Shown here piece after piece: positions 59,534 to 64,000 of a stretch of DNA of 64,000 nt. Every line of letters starts with the position of its first letter. Within the stretch, counting starts at the first letter, position 1. The stretch is from IMG/VR virus record IMGVR_UViG_3300031885_000005, positions 1 through 64,000 of that record. The stretch is one strand, 5' to 3'. The notes beneath the pieces were generated by a model, which worked only from the letters and a program-made list of their open reading frames with translations, was not told where the DNA came from and made no database searches. This DNA is from a virus. Both the position numbers and the translations under genes were made by a program.

Positions 59534-59860
59534 TTATCACCTGGTTTTTTTAAAGGGCATAGTTTTTTTTCACATAATTGCGATTTGTTCTTAGGATGTA
59601 TGCAAAAAATGCTCTTATCATACTGACATTGTTCGTATTTGCATTTTTTCATTTTATTCTAAATCCTCAGAATTAATTTCTTTGGTTTTGCTAATACAGT
59701 TCTCTCCACATTTTAAACATCTTGTCCAATAATTAATAAAAATAATAATCCCATCAAGTCCTAAATGCGATTCTACTACTGCATTTTGTTCTGTATCTTT
59801 TTTACAGCGAAAACAATAACTAATTATTTTTCTCATAATACATTCAAAAATAGTGAATAA

Positions 59861-60550
59861 TTATTCAGCCCTTAACCAATCCAATAATTGGTCTGCTATT
59901 ATCTTTGTTGCTTCTGCTATAGTCTGTGGGTCGCTTCCTGCAAAATTTCCACTCACAGCAGCCCCAGCAGCATTTAATGAATTGCCTCTCATTATCTGAG
60001 CTGTTTTCTCAGGATTATCGTAATTAGTATATTTTCTTTCTTTTTGTTCTCCCAATTCTTCTTTTTCTCTCCTATTAACATGAGATTTTTCTTCATTGGG
60101 GGATTTTTTATTACACAAAAAACATTTTTTGTATTTATCATCTTTTAATGCTTTTCCACAATCCTCACAAACAAATCCTGTTGCAGATTCTCTGACTTCT
60201 GATTTAGGTTCTTTATCTTTGCAATCCCAGCATTTAGGATAATTAACTCCGTTTCCTTTTAATTCTTTACCGCAAACTGAACAATTAGTATAGGTTCCTT
60301 TATTATCTTCTTTGTGTGTTTCTTTTGGTGCTTCCGCAGTTGTTCCAGAAACTTCTTTGATTAATGTAACTTCTCTTTTTACTCCTTTTTGAAAATAAGT
60401 AACTTCAACTACTTTTCCTTCCTCAATTTTAGCGAGAAAAGGAACGACCTTATCATTAGCATTAAACCAACCTTCTTGTCCTTCCAAAATAAACCCCTTA
60501 CCATTCTTCGCTTTCTTTGTTATCTTTGCTGTTATTGTTTGTGTGGGCAT
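59861..60550 (-). CDS. Putative ssDNA-binding protein with OB-like N-terminus and two Zn ribbons
   Basis: Beta-rich N-terminus; CSVC..CWDC and CEDC..CFLC; located in the replication cluster. Confidence 0.5.
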   Translation of the reverse strand: MPTQTITAKITKKAKNGKGFILEGQEGWFNANDKVVPFLAKIEEGKVVEVTYFQKGVKREVTLIKEVSGTTAEAPKETHKEDNKGTYTNCSVCGKELKGNGVNYPKCWDCKDKEPKSEVRESATGFVCEDCGKALKDDKYKKCFLCNKKSPNEEKSHVNRREKEELGEQKERKYTNYDNPEKTAQIMRGNSLNAAGAAVSGNFAGSDPQTIAEATKIIADQLLDWLRAE

Positions 60551-60932
60551 TTATTCCTCCTTTTTAACTAATTTAATAAAACCGCATCTTTTTTCTGTTA
60601 AATAATCTCTTCCAATAAATTTAGGATTCCTTTCTTCATCACAAACATAAACTTCATAGTCTCCAGTTTCATCATTAGCAAATAAACAATGAATAATTTC
60701 TAAACCTGTAACTAAATCAATAACTTTATAATAAGGTGCTTCCTTATCACCAGCATGTAATATCATTATTTCCTCCCTGACAGGTTGACATCGAATTCAT
60801 CTGATAATATAGCTATCTCTTTTATTCCTTTAGTAGCGAAATTCTGAATTTCGAAATATGCAGATTTAGTTAATGGTTCTCCTGTAACCTTTAAATATAG
60901 TGTAAAATTTTTGCGAACTATTTGACCTCTGT

Positions 60933-61586
60933 TCATAATTTATCTCCTTTTCTCAAATTCTCTTTCGCCCATAAAGGTTGAAGATTCGTGTAGTAAAAGC
61001 ATTTGCGTTGTTCAGATTTTTTAATCAAATTAAATCTTGCACATGGAATGATATGGTCTATATGCCATTTTCCATAATTTGAAAAAGACATGCCCGATTT
61101 AAATTTTTTTTCAAGATGTTTCTTTAATTTTTCAATAGAACAACCCACCAATTTCATTGTAGTTTCTGATTTAGGATTGCCTTTAAGAACTTTCCTAATT
61201 CTATTTCTCAAATAAACAGAAAGTTTAAAATTAATATTAGTTCTTAATTTATTTACTGCTCTTTGGTTTATTTCTTTCTTATATTTTTTTTGGTATTTTT
61301 TTATTTGTTTTAAAAATTTTTTTCTATTTTTTAAATACCATTTATGATTCTTTATAGCAATTTCTTTTTTATGTTTATTCTGATATTTTTTTTGTTTTTT
61401 AAGAATTTCTTTTTTATGTAATTTATAATATTTCTTGATATATTTTTTCATATATTCGATATGTTCTTGTTTGTGGCATTCTTTCGAACAATAAATTTGA
61501 TTATTACTGCGTTTTATAAATATGTTTTCGCATATATGACATTTTTCTTTATATTTTTTCATTTTATTGTATCCCCCGAAAAACAA
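60933..61586 (-). CDS. HNH homing endonuclease (paralogue of 56914..57444)
   Basis: CHIC..YCSKEC; WHIDHIIP; NLQPLWAKENL. Confidence 0.85.
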   Translation of the reverse strand: MFFGGYNKMKKYKEKCHICENIFIKRSNNQIYCSKECHKQEHIEYMKKYIKKYYKLHKKEILKKQKKYQNKHKKEIAIKNHKWYLKNRKKFLKQIKKYQKKYKKEINQRAVNKLRTNINFKLSVYLRNRIRKVLKGNPKSETTMKLVGCSIEKLKKHLEKKFKSGMSFSNYGKWHIDHIIPCARFNLIKKSEQRKCFYYTNLQPLWAKENLRKGDKL

Positions 61587-61724
61587 ATTTTATTGCCTTT
61601 TTTATCGGTTATAATATGGTAATAAATCGATTCTTCCCAGTATCCCGAAAAATGACATGTTTTGCAACCTTTACCTTTGCAGACCCAACAAAGATTTTTA
61701 ATTATTTTTTTAATTACTTTTAAT

Positions 61725-62501
61725 TTACTCATTTAAATTATAAATCCTTTTGAATTTCTCTCTAATAGATTGAAAAGGTATTTTATGCAGATAGATGTTC
61801 TTCGGCATTATCTTACTTAATTCTTCTTTAATTGGATTCTCTATAAATTCGGGCAAAGGATTTATCAAATCCACAATCAACTTTCTTTTTATAAATTCTG
61901 CTTCTGAAGAAGGTTTGGTCAATAAATTATCTGAAATATCCCCGCTTATCTTGTCAAGCAAAACTTTAGTAGGATTGGGAACTTTTTTAAATTTTTTACT
62001 TCGGGGAGAAAATATAGAAACATTTGTAAATGTCAATAACATCTCCCAATCTTTATCACTTGAAATTAAAATTATTTCTTTATCTCTATAATAACGACAA
62101 CAAACACTTGCAATATCATCTGCCTCTGCCTTGTAAATTTTAATTTGAGAAATAGGTAAACTTATATCCATTTTTTTATACAATATATTAAATTTCTCAT
62201 AACAAATTGTTCGCCATTCTTTTTCTTGTTCAGCTATTATGGCTCTTTGTGCTTTATAGGATTTATCAATTTCTTTTCTCCAAGAAGAATAATCTAATGC
62301 CAAAATAATTTCATCATCTAAAGTAGCATTTAATTTATTTAAATAACCGCTTATCATATTCAAATAAGTATATTCTACAGGAATATTCGGATTTACTTTT
62401 GAGGCATACATTGCAATGAATTGTATGTTTCCTCCATCTATTACTATAACTCTTTTATTTTCCATTAATATATTTTTTGAATTTAATTGTTTCTTTTCCA
62501 A
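61725..62501 (-). CDS. 5'-3' exonuclease/flap endonuclease (T4 RNase H-like)
   Basis: IDGGN, SWRK..YKAQR, EADD, SSDKDW and GDISDN. Confidence 0.9.
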   Translation of the reverse strand: MEKKQLNSKNILMENKRVIVIDGGNIQFIAMYASKVNPNIPVEYTYLNMISGYLNKLNATLDDEIILALDYSSWRKEIDKSYKAQRAIIAEQEKEWRTICYEKFNILYKKMDISLPISQIKIYKAEADDIASVCCRYYRDKEIILISSDKDWEMLLTFTNVSIFSPRSKKFKKVPNPTKVLLDKISGDISDNLLTKPSSEAEFIKRKLIVDLINPLPEFIENPIKEELSKIMPKNIYLHKIPFQSIREKFKRIYNLNE

Positions 62502-62662
62502 TTAAAGTTACTGTTCCCAATTCTTTTAATTTTTTAAATAGTTTTCCTGTATTTCCTGACCGAAATTCATAAATAGTTAATCCAATATAATCCAATCCAT
62601 TTATCGGTCTTTTATCACATTCTATAATATGAAAATCGCAATTACATTTAAATTTTTTCATT

Positions 62663-63211
62663 TTAGTTTTCCTTTCGTGGGGTTAAATCTATATCACTAT
62701 CCACTTCATTTCCCCAGACATCCCAGCCTTCTGTCTTTTGTCGGGCGAAAAGTTCTATCTTGCTCATATTAGGAAAACATTCGTCTATCCATTTTCTAAC
62801 GCAATCTGGTTTCTGGCTGTGCTTTCTTCTTGCTTCCCTGAAAACCGAAGGAACTGAATGTGTTGGGTTTTTAGGATTACCCTTCTTACCAATAAGCAAA
62901 ATCTCGTGGTAAACACGGAAGAAATAACCAAGACCATTCCCCTTGTCCCAAACGCCTGAAATTCTATAATCAAATCCCCACGCCCTTACTACTTCTAAAC
63001 ATTGAGGTAATATCTTTGCTGTTCCCCAGAGAATTAACCAAGCGTTATCATCACTCGGTATATTAAGTTCCTTTATTTCACCTAAAGTCATTGTTGGATA
63101 AAAATGTTCATTCACAAAAATCTTCTTTTCTGGATATGTATTCTGATTTTCATATCTCCACGGCGGGTCAGCATAGATTATCTGGTATTTTTTCATTCTT
63201 CCCTTCCACAA
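62663..63211 (-). CDS. MT-A70-family adenine methyltransferase
   Basis: YADPPW, AWGF, HSQKP and ELFAR..GWDVWGNE. Confidence 0.92.
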   Translation of the reverse strand: MWKGRMKKYQIIYADPPWRYENQNTYPEKKIFVNEHFYPTMTLGEIKELNIPSDDNAWLILWGTAKILPQCLEVVRAWGFDYRISGVWDKGNGLGYFFRVYHEILLIGKKGNPKNPTHSVPSVFREARRKHSQKPDCVRKWIDECFPNMSKIELFARQKTEGWDVWGNEVDSDIDLTPRKEN

Positions 63212-63543
63212 AGATTACACTTATAAATATCGTAACCATCAGAAGTAACACTCGCTATTTTCATTTCTTCTCCGCAACAACAACGATAATTTATTTCCGT
63301 ATTAATTTTCATCCCACCCTCCTTTTAAACTCTTGAATTGCTGAGTTGAAGCCATACAAAGCATCAGTATTGTTACTAATAAAATCAGGTTTGGAATAAT
63401 CAAGTTTTCTCTCCTTCGGCAACATCCCCAAGAAAACCTGCTTTAGGGATTCAACTATTTTATCTTCCCAAGACATATCCGATGTTTTTATATTCCCGTC
63501 TTGATGTCCTTTTAGATATACAGAACGAAGCAGTAATCTGAGC

Positions 63544-63807
63544 TTATCCATTTAGTTTTCCTTTCTTAGCTATTTCAATATCTGCTTTTAGGATTTCCCT
63601 ATTAGCCTTACCGATTACACTATCCCCCATATCCAAACCCCTAAATCTTTCTGTGCGGAATTTAGTATCTTCAACAATTTCTGCCCTTTTAGAATCTGCG
63701 TTCTCTTGGGCTTTATCAAAATCTTTTCCACAAGCAACGCTCCCACGATATTCATAAAGTTTGGATAAATCAAAATACTTTTTACAGATACAGCATTGCT
63801 CTTTCAT
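63544..63807 (-). CDS. Hypothetical protein with Zn-knuckle-like N-terminus
   Basis: CCIC...YEYRGSVAC. Confidence 0.5.
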   Translation of the reverse strand: MKEQCCICKKYFDLSKLYEYRGSVACGKDFDKAQENADSKRAEIVEDTKFRTERFRGLDMGDSVIGKANREILKADIEIAKKGKLNG

Positions 63808-64000
63808 TTTAGTTTTCGCTTTGCCCAGCAGGATGTTTTCCAGTTAAATAATTCATTAATGATTGAGCGGACATAATCATTTGCCCACAAGATTTATAAT
63901 ATGCTTCAAATAAATTCGCTGTTCTTACGCAAACTAAATTATTGACTTTTGATTTCGCTTTAGCCGTATCATCTGTAGGTATTTTTTGTCCGCCTTTTCC

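Noticed and set aside
1186-63336. Short opposite-strand ORFs in the track (for example 1186..1641, 3140..3484, 15133..15504, 30637..30951, 54936..55259, 61795..62091)
   Set aside because: They are antisense shadows of well-supported genes, with no RBS or recognisable motif.
1-64000. Stop-codon reassignment
   Set aside because: Long conserved genes are intact in the standard code, and TGA and TAG act as real stops at gene overlaps.
1-64000. tRNA, rRNA, integrase or endolysin genes
   Set aside because: None recognised by eye. They may lie outside the window; a tRNA scan was not possible.

Overview
The window is a 64-kb, very AT-rich segment of a tailed dsDNA bacteriophage (siphovirus-like) in the standard genetic code. 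Peptide deformylase and AGGAG Shine-Dalgarno motifs point to a bacterial host. It has two convergent arms that meet 3 bp apart at 28337/28341. The + arm (1-28337) is the virion module: fibre/adhesin genes, a BspA-like LRR protein, terminase, a portal-ChaB fusion, a free-standing endonuclease, protease/scaffold, major capsid, neck, tail tube, tape measure, distal tail, hub and tail-tip genes. The - arm (28341-64000) holds replication and recombination genes: intein-containing PolB, primase-helicase, RecA, SbcCD, two resolvases, a 5'-3' exonuclease, two DNA MTases and two HNH endonucleases. It also carries many microproteins and two unusual accessory blocks. The best candidate for a new system is an overlapping operon at 28341-35580 encoding a Bcs1-like CDP-ribitol synthase, a LicD/fukutin-family transferase, GT2 and GT2-GT-B glycosyltransferases, a sugar dehydratase, a PIG-L deacetylase and a Maf-like transferase. 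It has no visible membrane or export components, and capsid, neck and tail proteins carry recurring acidic T-G motifs, which suggests ribitol-phosphate glycosylation of the virion. A second block couples peptide deformylase, M50 and M16 peptidases, short transmembrane peptides and a BT1-like MFS transporter. Other observations include structured RNA elements around the capsid and tail-tube genes, a 4-nt duplication frameshift in a tail-tip gene, a ubiquitin-like domain fusion and apparent GATC avoidance. All family calls come from motif recognition by eye; no searches were run.
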